A stretch of 64,000 nucleotides of DNA from an uncultured Solirubrobacteraceae bacterium (GCA_963818035.1 CAWFQR010000003.1:64282-128281); one strand, 5' to 3'; counted from the first letter of the stretch, positions 32,647 to 43,468 are shown. The notes: generated by a model from the letters alone, not told the origin. Program-made: numbers and translations.

Positions 32647-33369
32647 ATGAGATTTCCCACCGCGGTCGCGGCTGCGATCGCCGCTCTAGCAGTAGGCGCG
32701 GCGCCAGCCGTCGCCCAGAAAACCGAACCGCCCAACCCGCACAACTTCACGGGCAGCCCGAACGCCGAACCGAAGTTCGTCGGCGAAACCCAGGAATTCC
32801 TGCTGAAGCCCTTCACGGTGACGTGCGAAACCGCGAAGTCGAAAGCATCAGGGGTCACGCCGACGTTCCCGTCGAAAACGTTGACCGCGGTGCTGAAGTA
32901 CTCCGGCTGCGAAGCCGAAGCGACGATCGGCAAAGCGGAATACGAACTCAAAGCGAAGTTCGTTTCGCCGGTGACGGTCAACTACCGCGCCAACGGCGTC
33001 GTCGAAATCGGCTCCGGCGGGACGGTCAAAGAAGGCAAACTGGAAGGCGCCGGCCCGATCGAAATCGCGGTCAAGGGTGCCTTCAAGTGCACGATCGACA
33101 TCGAAGCCGGAACGTATCCGGCGGCTGCGCTGAAGAAACCCGAAAAGGAATTCGAAGCCGCCAAATACACGAACCTCGTCGAAACGGTCGAACACGGCAA
33201 GAAGACCGAAGAAGTCAAGAAGCTCGAAATCGCCACGAACCTGACGAAACTCCCCTACGAAATCGAAGGGGAATTCTGCGAAGCCCTGCCGAAGACGGAA
33301 TTCACCGGCGGCACGTACGAAGGCTCGCTGGTCGCTGAAATCAAGAAGGGCGACATCGGCTGGGAATAG
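32647..33369 (+). CDS. Secreted Glu/Lys-rich hypothetical protein
   Basis: AGGAG SD; signal peptide ending AVA; four Cys; beta-rich pattern. Confidence 0.85.
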   Translation: MRFPTAVAAAIAALAVGAAPAVAQKTEPPNPHNFTGSPNAEPKFVGETQEFLLKPFTVTCETAKSKASGVTPTFPSKTLTAVLKYSGCEAEATIGKAEYELKAKFVSPVTVNYRANGVVEIGSGGTVKEGKLEGAGPIEIAVKGAFKCTIDIEAGTYPAAALKKPEKEFEAAKYTNLVETVEHGKKTEEVKKLEIATNLTKLPYEIEGEFCEALPKTEFTGGTYEGSLVAEIKKGDIGWE

Positions 33370-33488
33370 CTCCCACCCGGTAGCACGCACGTCTCGCGGG
33401 GCGGCCAAGCGGCCGCCCCGCTGCGTTCGGGGCCGCTCCGGGCGTGACTGCCCTCGCGGCATCGGCGCGCCGCGCCCAGTTGCGCCGC

Positions 33489-33806
33489 TCAGCGCGGGCG
33501 GCGGCGTCGCCCGTAGGCGAGCCGTCTCGGCACCGGCACCGGGCTCAGCCGCCTGACCGCGTCGCCGACCAGCACGCGCGGCTCGAGCTTCGCAGTCAAC
33601 GCCGACAGCTCGCGCCGCTCGGACGCCGAGAGCCGTCGGTCGCGCGCGAAGCGGAGCAGCAGGTCGGCGAGACGGCGCCGCTCGTCGCCGTCGAGGCGAC
33701 CGAGACGGCGCCCCGCGATCAAGGCTAGGTCGGCGAGGATCACGGCCCGGCTGGCGGGTGTCATCTTGGCGGCGCGGCGGAGCAGCGTGGCGCGGAGCGA
33801 GGGCAT
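33489..33806 (-). CDS. Hypothetical basic protein
   Basis: MPSLRATLLRR...LDGDERRRLADLL...LSASERRELSALTAKLEP. Confidence 0.6.
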   Translation of the reverse strand: MPSLRATLLRRAAKMTPASRAVILADLALIAGRRLGRLDGDERRRLADLLLRFARDRRLSASERRELSALTAKLEPRVLVGDAVRRLSPVPVPRRLAYGRRRRPR

Positions 33807-33900
33807 GCTCTGAGAGATACCCGATCTGGGGCGCCGGCCGGGACAGCCGTGCCGGAGCGGCGCCCGCGCGCTCGGCGCGGGCGCCACCTCCAGCGGTGCC

Positions 33901-35601
33901 TCAGAACTGCTGCGAGAGGGCTTCGGCCTGCAGCGAGCCGATGCCCGTGCAGTAGTCGTAGCCCGCTTTCGCCACGCACCCGCCGTTGCTGCCGAGCGTG
34001 ATGTCGCGGAAGCCGGGAACCGGCTTCGGTTCCGCCGCCGCCACGTACAGCGGACCGGTCGGCGCTTCCTCGACCGTCGCCGGGTTGACCTTGTTGTAGA
34101 GCTTGTAGAAGTCGAGCTGCGCGAGGCCCAGCTTGTTCTTGTGCGCGTTCTCGACGCTCGCCCACAGGCCCAGCGTGAGCGGGCTGGCTACGCTCGTGCC
34201 CCCCACCCCCGTCGGTTCGGTTCCCGGCGTGTCACCGCTGTAGACGAGGTACGGCGTGTTGCCGTCCGCCAGTGCGGCGACGTCGGGCACGCCGCGGCCG
34301 CCCTGGTTGGTGAACTCCCAGGCCTGTCCGGCGGTGTTCGCCTGCAGCGTCCACGGCGGTGCGGTCTCCCACGGGGAGATTCCGCCGCCACCGCCGACCC
34401 AGGCGATTTCTTCTTTGACTTCGCCTTCGGAGGACGCGAGCAGCGTGGTGCCTCCGACGGCCGTCGTGTACTCGCCGTCGGCGGGCCAGGAGACGCCCGG
34501 GGGCCCCTCGGGCACGCCGCTGGATGCCGCCTCGGGACAGGCGTAGCCGTTGTCGCCGGTCGAGGCGAACATGCTCTGACCCTGCAGCGCGCCCTCGGCG
34601 AGGGCCTCGTCGCTGGTCAGCATCGCGCCGTCGAGGAACGCGATGTAGTCGCACTCGCCGAGCGAGGCCGACAGCGCCGTCGCCTTGTCTTCGGAGACGA
34701 ACATGTTGATCGCGCGTGCGACCTCGGGGTCGGTGTAGGTCGCGACGTCGTAGATGTCGAGCTGCTTGACGGCCTTCGGGACCATCGTCGAGATCTGCGT
34801 GTCGAGATCCCACTCGAGGTTGCCGGACAGCGGGTTGCCTTCGACGATGCCCTGTTCGGGCCCGTCGTAGATCACCTTCACGGGCACCTGCGAGTAGCCC
34901 CACTGCTGCTCGGCGTAGCGCAGCGCGCCGATCGTCGGCGTCGTGTCGCCGCTCATCACGATCGCCGTCGTCGTCGTCTTCGCGGCCTTCATGTTCGCGT
35001 CGTCGTAGGCGTTGGCGACGGCCTTCGGGGTGAAGCCGCTGAGGTCGGGGGTCGATTCGCTCGTCAGTTCCGGGAGCGCGGCCGGCACGTCGGAGAGGCC
35101 GAGCACCGCCGCGACATCGCCCTGCAGGGCCGCCGGGACGCTCGCCGTGGCAGTGTTGGCGTACACCGTCTTGCCGCTCAGCGAGTACGTCGAGATCGTC
35201 GTGTCGAACGCCTGCTCGGCCTGCGCCACGGTCGCCGTGGCCGTCACGAGCAGGCGGTTCGGCGACGCGCTGACGCCGGTGAACCCGTTCGACTCGAGGT
35301 AGCGCTCGACCGCCGAGACCGAGGCCGCGGAGGGGCTGAAGCGCTTCCTGACCTGGCCGGCCGGCAGGATCGTTCCGGCTTCGATCAGCGGGTTGACCGC
35401 CGACGCTTCGCGGAGCGGGAGCACGACGCTGACGGTCAGCTGCTGGGTGGCCGGAGCCGAGCCGAGCAGGGTGCCGTCGAGGTTCAGCGCCTGGGTGTGC
35501 GTCGGCACCCAGGACGTGGCCGCGTCAGCCGACTGCGCTGACGTGGCACCGAGCGCGACGAGCGCGCCGATGACGAGGAGGAACTGCGAGGGCTTTTTCA
35601 T
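33901..35601 (-). CDS. Secreted S53 (sedolisin/kumamolisin) peptidase with pro-domain
   Basis: EWDLD (catalytic Glu/Asp), STGDNG, RGVPDVA, GGTSVASP (Ser), GYDYCTGIGS. Confidence 0.93.
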   Translation of the reverse strand: MKKPSQFLLVIGALVALGATSAQSADAATSWVPTHTQALNLDGTLLGSAPATQQLTVSVVLPLREASAVNPLIEAGTILPAGQVRKRFSPSAASVSAVERYLESNGFTGVSASPNRLLVTATATVAQAEQAFDTTISTYSLSGKTVYANTATASVPAALQGDVAAVLGLSDVPAALPELTSESTPDLSGFTPKAVANAYDDANMKAAKTTTTAIVMSGDTTPTIGALRYAEQQWGYSQVPVKVIYDGPEQGIVEGNPLSGNLEWDLDTQISTMVPKAVKQLDIYDVATYTDPEVARAINMFVSEDKATALSASLGECDYIAFLDGAMLTSDEALAEGALQGQSMFASTGDNGYACPEAASSGVPEGPPGVSWPADGEYTTAVGGTTLLASSEGEVKEEIAWVGGGGGISPWETAPPWTLQANTAGQAWEFTNQGGRGVPDVAALADGNTPYLVYSGDTPGTEPTGVGGTSVASPLTLGLWASVENAHKNKLGLAQLDFYKLYNKVNPATVEEAPTGPLYVAAAEPKPVPGFRDITLGSNGGCVAKAGYDYCTGIGSLQAEALSQQF

Positions 35602-35964
35602 GGAGCCCCTGTACCCGAATGTCTGTTCGTGCTAACTCTCGCTCGTTACGCACGCACGTTCGCCTCCTGCGTGAAGCCGCATCGCCGGACGATCCCGATT
35701 GCGCGGCGCCACGCACGGCCGGGTCGGCGCCGGGACCCTCGGTCGAGCCGTCCACGCGCGCGGGACCGCGACGGCGACGGCGGTCTCGGCGGCCGGTTCC
35801 CGGACGCGGATCAGCCGGGCAGGGCCGACCGTGTCGAGGGGCTCGGCGCCGCGCTCCTCGGGCGGCCCGACCAGGCCTCCCTCGATCGCGCGATCAGCCC
35901 GCTGCACGGCGGTCGCGGGATTAGTGTTTAATCAGACACCGGGATGGGGGTGTGTCGAGGGGAA

Positions 35965-38347
35965 ATGCACGCTGGGGATGCGCAGGCCGCGGGCCGAGGC
36001 GCGAACGGTGCACGCCCGCGGCGCCGGACGCTGCTGCTCTCGCTCTGCTCGATCGTCGTCCTGCTCGCCGCCCTGGCCGGCGCCGCGAGCGCCTCCGCGT
36101 TCAGCGCGCACGGCAGCGTCGAACAGCTCTACGTGACGGGCCTCGAACCCGGAGCCCAGATGACGCTGCTGGGGAAGAAAGGCGAAACGGTCGCCACGCA
36201 GACCGCCGACTCGCTCGGCGGCCTGCTGTTCCGCAACGTCGCCCCCGGCAAGGGCTACCGGGTCCGGCTGACCGCGAACAACGAAGAATCCGAACCGATC
36301 ACGGTTCACACGCAGGCCCCCCCGGCCTGGGACAAGAGCATCTACCAGCAGTCGATCCCGTCCAGCGGCTACACGTACCTGACGACCCGCGATGGCACGC
36401 AACTCGCGATCGACGTCCATCCGCCCGGCGTGTCCGGCCTCTCGTCGTCCTCGGACCTGCGCAACTCGGCCTTCTCGACGGCGAGCAAATCCGGCCAGGT
36501 CCCGACGCTGATCGAATACGCGGGCTACGGCTACGCGAACCCCAACGGTCCGGAAAGCGGGATCGCGACGCTCGCGAACCTGATGGGCTTCGCGGTCGTC
36601 GACGTCAACATGCGCGGCACCGGCTGCTCGGGTGGCGCCTTCGACTACTTCGAACCGCTTGAGGACCTAGACGCGTACGACGTGATCCAGACGATCGCCC
36701 GCCAGCCGTGGGTGCTCCACCACAAGGTCGGGATGCTCGGCATCTCCTACGGCGGGATCAGCCAGCTGTTCGCTGCGCAGCTCAAGCCGCCGGCGCTCGA
36801 CGCGATCGCGCCGCTGTCGGTGCTCGACGCGACCGCGACGACGCTGTACCCCGGCGGCGTGCTCAACACCGGCTTCGCGGTGCAGTGGGCCGAACAGCGC
36901 CAGTTCGATGCCGAGCCGGCAGGGCCCAGCACCGGCGAGCACTGGGCCTACGAACAGATCGAAAAAGGCGACACGACCTGCGCCGCCAACCAGGACATGC
37001 ACGGCGAGGCCACGAACCTGCTGTCCGAAATCAAAGAAAACGCGACGTACAAGCCGTCCGTCGCCGACGCGCTCGACCCGATCACGTTCGTCCACAACAT
37101 CGACGTGCCGACGTTCATGGCGTGCCAGTGGGAGGACGAGCAAACCGGCGGGCACTGCGCCGACCTGGCAGAGCACATGACGGGGACCGAAAAGAAGTGG
37201 TTCACGTTCACCAACGGCGTCCACGGCGACTCGCTCGACCCGGACACGATCAACCGCCTCTATGACTTCCTCGAGCTCTACGTGGCGCGGCAGGCGCCGA
37301 AAACGCATTCGGAAATCCTCGATGCGGCGGCGCCGACGATCTACCACGCCGCGCTCGGAGTGCCGAAAGAAGACCAGGTCACGCTGCCGCCCGACCCGAT
37401 CCAGGAAATCAAGACGTACGGCAAGGCGCTGTCGGCGTTCGACGCGATCCCAGAGGTCCGCGTGCTGTTCGACAACGGCGCGGGGACCTCGCCGACCGGC
37501 AACAAAACGCGCCGGCAACCCGTACCCGGGCTACGAACAGACCTTCTCCTCGTACCCGGTCCCGGGCACCACGGCCGAGTCCTGGTACCTCGAGCCGGGC
37601 GGCGAACTCGGCGAATCGCCTCCTGCGTCCTCGGGCTCCGACAGCTACACATCCGACGCGACCGCGACGCCGCTGACCGACTACGGCAGCAACACCGGTC
37701 CCGGCGGCGAGTGGGGCGTCGCCTCCCAGTGGGAATGGAAATGGAACGAGCCGTCGAGCACCAACTCCGTGTCCTACGTGACCGCGCCGCTCAGCGCCGA
37801 CACCACCGCGATCGGCGGCGGGGCCGTCAACCTCTGGGTGAAGTCCTCCACGCCGGACGTCGACCTGCAGGCAACGGTCAGCGAGGTGCGCCCGGACGGC
37901 AACGAAGAGTTCGTTCAGAACGGCTACATCCGCGCCAGCGAGCGCAAGCTCGCGACGACGTCGGAAAACATGTTCAAGCAGGAACCGACGGCGCTCGAGC
38001 CGATCCCGACCTTCCTCGCGTCCGACGTGCAGCCGATGCCGGCCGGCGAATTCGTGCCGGTCACGGTCCCGCTGTACTTCGAGGGCCACGCCTACCGGGC
38101 GGGCTCGCGGATCCGCGTCACGATCGCCGCACCGAACGGCAACCAGCCGGTGTGGTCGTTCAGCCAGACGCAGCCGGAAGGCACGACGTCCCAGGTGTCG
38201 ATCGCGTTCGGTCCCGGAATGGCCTCGAACCTGACGCTGCCGGTGGTGCCCGGCCTGAGCGTGCCGACGGCCCTGCCGGCCGCCTGCCCGAGCCTGCGCA
38301 ACGAGCCCTGCCGGACCTACCAGGCACCCGCCAACAACGGGTCCTGA
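35965..38347 (+). CDS. Secreted CocE/NonD family hydrolase (frameshift ~37510)
   Basis: TRDGTQLAIDV, VNMRGTGCSGG, GISYGG nucleophile; PepX-like C-terminus GHAYRAGSRIRVTI in ORF 37262..38347. Confidence 0.9.
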
Positions 38348-38464
38348 TCTCGCGGCGCGCGGGGCGGCGCCGTCAGTTGCCCGGCGGCGGCGCCGGCTGA
38401 GACGCGCACGGCTGCCCCGCTAGAGGTTCCTGATGGCGCTCGCAGCCTCGCCCGCCACGCGGGA

Positions 38465-39355
38465 TCAGCCGCCGGCAAAGCGCGCCTGCTGTGCGAGCAC
38501 GCTGCTCACGTACTGTTCCGTTTCCGGCAGCTCGCCTTCGCGGCGGACGGATTCGAGGCCCTGGTAGTAGCCGGCCGCGGCGAGTGCGGGATCGCCTTCC
38601 GTTTCGCTCAGGAGCCAGTGCAGCATCAGCACCCCGCCGCGCACGTTCGACGCCGCCGACGCGGGGTTCAGCTGTGTGCTCCCGGCCAGGTCCTGGCCGA
38701 TCCAGCTCCAGGTCCCCGGCAGGATCTGCATCACGCCGCGCGCGTCGGAGCCCGAGGTGAAGCGGTTGTTGAAGCCGCTCTCCTGATCGGCGATCGCCTC
38801 GGCGAACGAGGAGGGCACTCCGTTTTCGGCAGCGATCGCGCCGACTTCCGACGGGGCGATCGTTTCTTCGGTCGGGTACGGCGCATCGGCAGTCGCCGCC
38901 GGTGTCTGGCCTTCGCTCGCCGGCACCGGCGAGGCGCCCGGCACGCTCACCACGGTTCCCGCGAGCAGCGGCGCTTCGGCATCGAGGCCGTTGAGCGCCG
39001 CGAGGCTTTCGACGCTCACGCCGGAGCGGGCGGCGATCGCGGAGAGCGTGTCTCCGGGCTGGACGACGTATGACCCGCCACCTTCGGCGGGAGCCGGCGA
39101 TTCGACGGGAGCCGCGGCTTCGCCCGCTTCGGATGCGGCCGCTGGGATCGTGATCGTGGATCCGGCGACCAGCGCGGATTCGGTCGAGAGGCCGTTGGCC
39201 GCCGCAAGCTGTTCGACGCTGAGCCCGTCGGCGGCGGCCACGGACGACAGCGACTCGCCGGGTGCGACGAGGTGGCTCACGTCCGCGTCGGCAAGAGATG
39301 GGATCGCGAGGAGGAGCGAGAACGCAAGGATCGAGGGCAATGCACGAGGGCGCAT
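38465..39355 (-). CDS. LysM x2 plus lytic transglycosylase (SLT) protein
   Basis: HLVAPGESLSSVA, YVVQPGDTLSAIA, QESGFN, ARGVMQI. Confidence 0.92.
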   Translation of the reverse strand: MRPRALPSILAFSLLLAIPSLADADVSHLVAPGESLSSVAAADGLSVEQLAAANGLSTESALVAGSTITIPAAASEAGEAAAPVESPAPAEGGGSYVVQPGDTLSAIAARSGVSVESLAALNGLDAEAPLLAGTVVSVPGASPVPASEGQTPAATADAPYPTEETIAPSEVGAIAAENGVPSSFAEAIADQESGFNNRFTSGSDARGVMQILPGTWSWIGQDLAGSTQLNPASAASNVRGGVLMLHWLLSETEGDPALAAAGYYQGLESVRREGELPETEQYVSSVLAQQARFAGG

Positions 39356-39508
39356 GGTGGCGACCTCGGCGCCCGCCGCGGCGATCGCGAGCTCTGCAAC
39401 GACAGATTCCCCGGACTTCCGCCGCGCCGGTCTCAGACGGTCATGGATCCGACCGCTGCGATTCGCCGGCGGCCGCGCATCAGCCGGTCCGCGCGGCCGG
39501 CCGCCGGC

Positions 39509-39739
39509 TCAGACGGCCTGGCTCTCGACCTGCGGCGGCTCGGAGTCCGCCGTCTCCTCCGCACCGGCCTCGGCGGCCTGGTCCTGGATCGCGAGGTAGA
39601 CCTCACGGCGGTGAACGGGGACGTCCGACGGCGCCTGGATCCCGATCCGAACCTTGTCGCCGGTCACGGCGAAGACGGTCACCTCGATGTCGTCGCCGAT
39701 CATGATGCTCTCACGGATGTTGCGGGTCAGGACGAGCAC
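39509..39739 (-). CDS. csrA: Carbon storage regulator CsrA
   Basis: [22 protein letters not shown]...[19 protein letters not shown]; GGAGG SD. Confidence 0.95.
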   Translation of the reverse strand: MLVLTRNIRESIMIGDDIEVTVFAVTGDKVRIGIQAPSDVPVHRREVYLAIQDQAAEAGAEETADSEPPQVESQAV

Positions 39740-39873
39740 GCTGCCTCCAGAAATCCGACTTAGATCCGGCGCCCCCAGCACTCTGCCTCTCGTGTACTGC
39801 GATCCGACACCAACGAGCATACCGCTGAGACGCCACCGAGGTGCGAAAAGCACGTATGTTTTGCGTGGGGGAC

Positions 39874-41081
39874 ATGACCGAGACAGGCACTGGAGCATCG
39901 CTGCGACTCCACCGGCAAGCCGGGCTTGCTGTATGCGTCTTCGTCTGCCTGATCTGCGCGGCGATGCTGCTCGCGCCCGGGGCGCTCGCTCAGGGGACCG
40001 GAGGCGCAGGCCGGAGCCGAAACCGGCGCCCCGCTCGACCGAAGCGAGCGCCGGGGAATCCCCGGCAGGCGAAACGTCTCAGCCGAGCACCCCGGCCGCT
40101 GAAGAGCAGAAGGCGCCCGCGGCGCAGGAAACGACAGATCCCGCGCCGGGCGCCGCTCAGGAAGAAACACAGGGCGGCCAGGCGGAAGGGGCATCCGCCA
40201 AAGAAACAACGACGACGACGGAAGAAGCGCCGCCCGCCCACGGCGAATCGAACCCGCCTCCCGCCCAGGGCGAAACGCCGCCCGCCGAGGAAACGCCGCC
40301 CGCCGACGAAACGCAGACGACGAAAGAAGAACCGCCGGTGCAGGCGCCGGCAACGAAAGAAGAAGCGCCGTCCGCGCAGGAAGCGCCCGCCGCCCCGGAA
40401 ACGCCGAAGGAAGACTCGCCGGTCCGCGAACAGTCGACGATCGTGCTCGGCGAAACGCCGGCGGCCGAACGATCCGTCCCCCCCACGGAAGCGGCCCCGC
40501 CGGCCAGGCAGCAGGCGCTCTCCGAAACCGTGTCGAGCGGAGGCACCGCCGACCCGGCCGCCGAAATCTCCCCCGGCGGTTCGGAACTCGCTTCTGCGGC
40601 GGGAACCGTGCCGGTGGTCCCTGCGACGATCTCGGGAAGCCAGCCCCTCTCGAGCGTGCCGGCCGCGAGCGCGCAGAGCGGCCCCGGAGCCGGCTGCCTG
40701 ATGACATCGCTGACCGCCTCGCTCAGCGCCCGTTGTGCGAGCGCGTTGCTGGTCGGCCAGCAGGAACCCGTGACGGTCCTGTTCGAGCCCGCGTCCGCGA
40801 GCGGCTCGCAGGCGGCCGTCCGGACGAGCGCATCCGGCTCGAAGGGCCGCGCCGCGACGGCGGTGGACAGCGATCCTCCGGCGCAGAGCCCGGGACCGAG
40901 CCCCGGCGGGTCCGGCGCGCCTTCCGCCGCGGCCGGCAGCGGCGGGTCGAGCTCCTCGACGTCGCTGACCCTGTTCAGCCTCTCGCTGCACTTCACTCCG
41001 AGCGCCACACGACTGCTGCACCTCTCGCAGCCGGAGTGGCGCACCTCGTTCGCCGCGCTGATCCTCGAGCGCCCCGACTAG
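39874..41081 (+). CDS. Exported low-complexity protein ending in LILERPD (frameshift ~40010)
   Basis: Signal peptide [24 protein letters not shown] in ORF 39841..40701; E/P/A/T- then S/G-rich body and C-terminus in ORF 39654..41081. Confidence 0.7.
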
Positions 41082-41161
41082 CTCCTTCCGTCGCTCCACA
41101 TCGGGTCGTGGCGCGGAGCCGCGGCCCAGTTGCGCATTCGGAAACCTTGAAAGGAGCTGTT

Positions 41162-41642
41162 GTGAAGGAGCCTCATTTGACGTCTGCGGCAGTCAGCCGC
41201 TATCTGGACGACGAAGACCTCGTGGTGCACGCCCGCGCCGGTGGCGACGAGGGCCCTACGTGACGAGCCGGGGTCGCCGGTCGCCTGGCGACACACGCTT
41301 GTCGTGAGGGGCACGCTCGACGAAGACCTGACAGCCGAGCTCGAGGAGGAGCTCGAGTGTCTCTGCGAAGAAGGTGTCACGAGCGTGGTGCTCGACGTGC
41401 GCGAACTTCGCGCGCTCGAGCCGCTCGGCGCACAGGCGATCGCCGCCGGCGGCGCGTTCTGCCGGCAGCGGGGCCGTGATCTGCAGGTGATCTCGGGCTC
41501 GCCCGACGTCGAGCAGCTGCTCTCGCGAGTGGGTGCCGGCGATCTGCTGGTGACGCAGCCGGGTGGCGGTCGCGGAGCAGCGCCGGCAGGTCTCGGCGCC
41601 GCCGAGGCAGCGGTGCAGACCACGACGGTCAGGGAGCTGTAG
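41162..41642 (+). CDS. STAS domain anti-sigma antagonist (start 41162 with an indel ~41240, or start 41241)
   Basis: AAAGGAG SD before GTG 41162; LVVRGTLD...VVLDVRELRALEPLG...VEQLLSRVG STAS pattern. Confidence 0.75.
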
Positions 41643-41716
41643 TCGAACGTCGGCGCTTCGACCCCCGGGATGCCCTCGCGGCTCCCGGGGTCGTCGCGCG
41701 GCGGGGCGCGCGCCCC

Positions 41717-41805
41717 AAAAGTCGAGTGCTGCCGGCACCGTAGCTGTGGGGGTACGGGCGCCGGCAGCAGCCCGACAAGAGGCGACCCCTGAGGGAGCGG
41801 GCCGT
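41717..41805 (-). ncRNA. Candidate ~90-nt small RNA
   Basis: Minus-strand TTGCAC-N17-CAAGCT promoter-like element, long hairpin 41721-41776 then TTTT; no credible ORF. Confidence 0.4.
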
Positions 41806-42124
41806 GTCAAAAGCTTGACCATCCGGCGACAGCGGTGCAAGGCATGAAACGAAGCTTCCAGAAGCCCGGTGGGCCGGCCGGCCCGCCGAGCGCTTAGGCG
41901 GCGTCGGGAGCGACCTCGCGACGCCGTGCCTGCGACCCGGCGGACGACGACTGTCGAGCGCCCGACGCCCGCGGCGACGAGCCGGTGCGATGTACGATCA
42001 CGTCCGCTCTCGGTCAAGGGGGAAACTTGAGGACGGCCCGAAGGATGCTTGCTCGCAGAGCCGTGGCGGCTGTCGGCGGTGCGAGGGTCGCGCCGGCACC
42101 GACGGAAGCAGCCGGAGCCCAACG

Positions 42125-42883
42125 ATGAGCTTCACCGTCTCCGCTGACGCGTACGACCGGTTCATGGGCAGGTACTCTGCCGGCCTCGGCCCTGCGCTCG
42201 CAGATCTCGCGGGCGTCGTGAGGGGCCAGCGCGTGCTCGACGTCGGCTGTGGTCCCGGGGCGCTCACGGCCGAGCTGGTCCGGCGGCTCGGGGCCGACCT
42301 GGTGTCGGCGGTCGATCCCTCGGAGACCTTTGTCGCGGCGGCACAGAACCGATACCGAGGGGTCGATGTTCAACTCGCGTCTGCCGAGAGCCTGCCGTTT
42401 GCGGACCGCACGTTCGACGCAGCGCTGGCTCAACTCGTGGTCCACTTCATGTCGGATCCCGCCCAAGGCCTCGGCGAGATGAGACGCGTCACGCGCCCGG
42501 GCGGCATCGTGGCGGCGTGCGTCTGGGACCATGCCGGCGGTCGTGGGCCCCTGAGCGGATTTTGGGAGGCGGCGCGCGAACTGGATCCGGACGTTCACGA
42601 CGAGTCGCAGTTGGTGGGGGCTCGCGAGGGCGCCCTGGCGGAGTTGTTTCACACTGCCGGCCTGCTCGAGGTCCACGAAGTCGCCCTTTCAGTTCGCGTC
42701 GAGCATCCGACCTTCGAGGATTGGTGGGAGCCGTTCACGCTCGGCGTCGGTCCCGCCGGCAAGTACACCGCCGGTCTCGACGCGAGGCGACAACGAGAGC
42801 TGCGGGAGCGGTGCCGAGCGGCGCTGCCGGCCGCGCCATTCTCGGTGCGAGCGGAGGCCTGGGCCGCCCGGGGCGTCGTTTAG
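42125..42883 (+). CDS. Class I SAM-dependent methyltransferase
   Basis: VLDVGCGPGAL, AESLPFADRTFD, RVTRPGG. Confidence 0.93.
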   Translation: MSFTVSADAYDRFMGRYSAGLGPALADLAGVVRGQRVLDVGCGPGALTAELVRRLGADLVSAVDPSETFVAAAQNRYRGVDVQLASAESLPFADRTFDAALAQLVVHFMSDPAQGLGEMRRVTRPGGIVAACVWDHAGGRGPLSGFWEAARELDPDVHDESQLVGAREGALAELFHTAGLLEVHEVALSVRVEHPTFEDWWEPFTLGVGPAGKYTAGLDARRQRELRERCRAALPAAPFSVRAEAWAARGVV

Positions 42884-42991
42884 CGGTCCGCGACCGCGCA
42901 CGGTCCGCGCGGATGAGCCGCGTGCGCACAGGCGTCCAGGATCGGGCGTGGCGGCTGCGCGCCGCCCGCTGGGCCTGCGCGAGCAGCCCGG

Positions 42992-43468
42992 CTAGTCGTC
43001 GAGGCGCTTCGACATACGCATCGACGTCGGCTTGAACTCAGCCCGTTCATACAGCCGCCGGGCGTACTCGTTGGCGGCGAACACGTTGAGCGCGATCGAC
43101 TCGTGACCGTGCTCGCGGGCGACGCGTTCCAATCCGTTCAGGAGGGCGCGCCCATAGCCCTTGCCTCGCTGCTCCTCGTCGATGGCGATGTCGTAGATCC
43201 ATGCGGAGGCGACGTCGGGCCCCTGCAGGGCGAGCCAGGCATAGCCCACCGGCCCGGCCTCCTCGGCCTCGGCCATCACGATGAACATCCCGTCGGTGCT
43301 CCTGCCGTCCGGGAGCAGCGCGTCGGTCTGCTCCTCGGCGAGCGCCTCGGCACGGTCGCGCGGCCATTCCCCCGCCGCGACCTTTTCGACGGCGTAGTCG
43401 TGGATCGCGCGTGCCCTGAACGCTGCGAACTCCGGGTCGGTCATCGGGCGCAGGCGAAGCGTGTCCAC
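42992..43468 (-). CDS. GNAT family N-acetyltransferase
   Basis: IYDIAIDEEQRGKGYGRA, LNVFAANEYARRLY. Confidence 0.92.
   Translation of the reverse strand: MDTLRLRPMTDPEFAAFRARAIHDYAVEKVAAGEWPRDRAEALAEEQTDALLPDGRSTDGMFIVMAEAEEAGPVGYAWLALQGPDVASAWIYDIAIDEEQRGKGYGRALLNGLERVAREHGHESIALNVFAANEYARRLYERAEFKPTSMRMSKRLDD

Noticed and set aside
35632-35907. Short ORFs between the S53 and CocE genes
   Set aside because: No recognisable motif, SD or consistent codon bias in any frame.
39356-39508. c-di-AMP (ydaO) riboswitch upstream of the LysM-SLT gene
   Set aside because: Context is suggestive, but the conserved 3' elements of the aptamer could not be found.
25771-41081. Horizontal transfer as the explanation for GAA-rich secreted genes
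   Set aside because: Interleaved cytoplasmic genes use GAG, other codons stay GC-rich, and the switch occurs within single genes.
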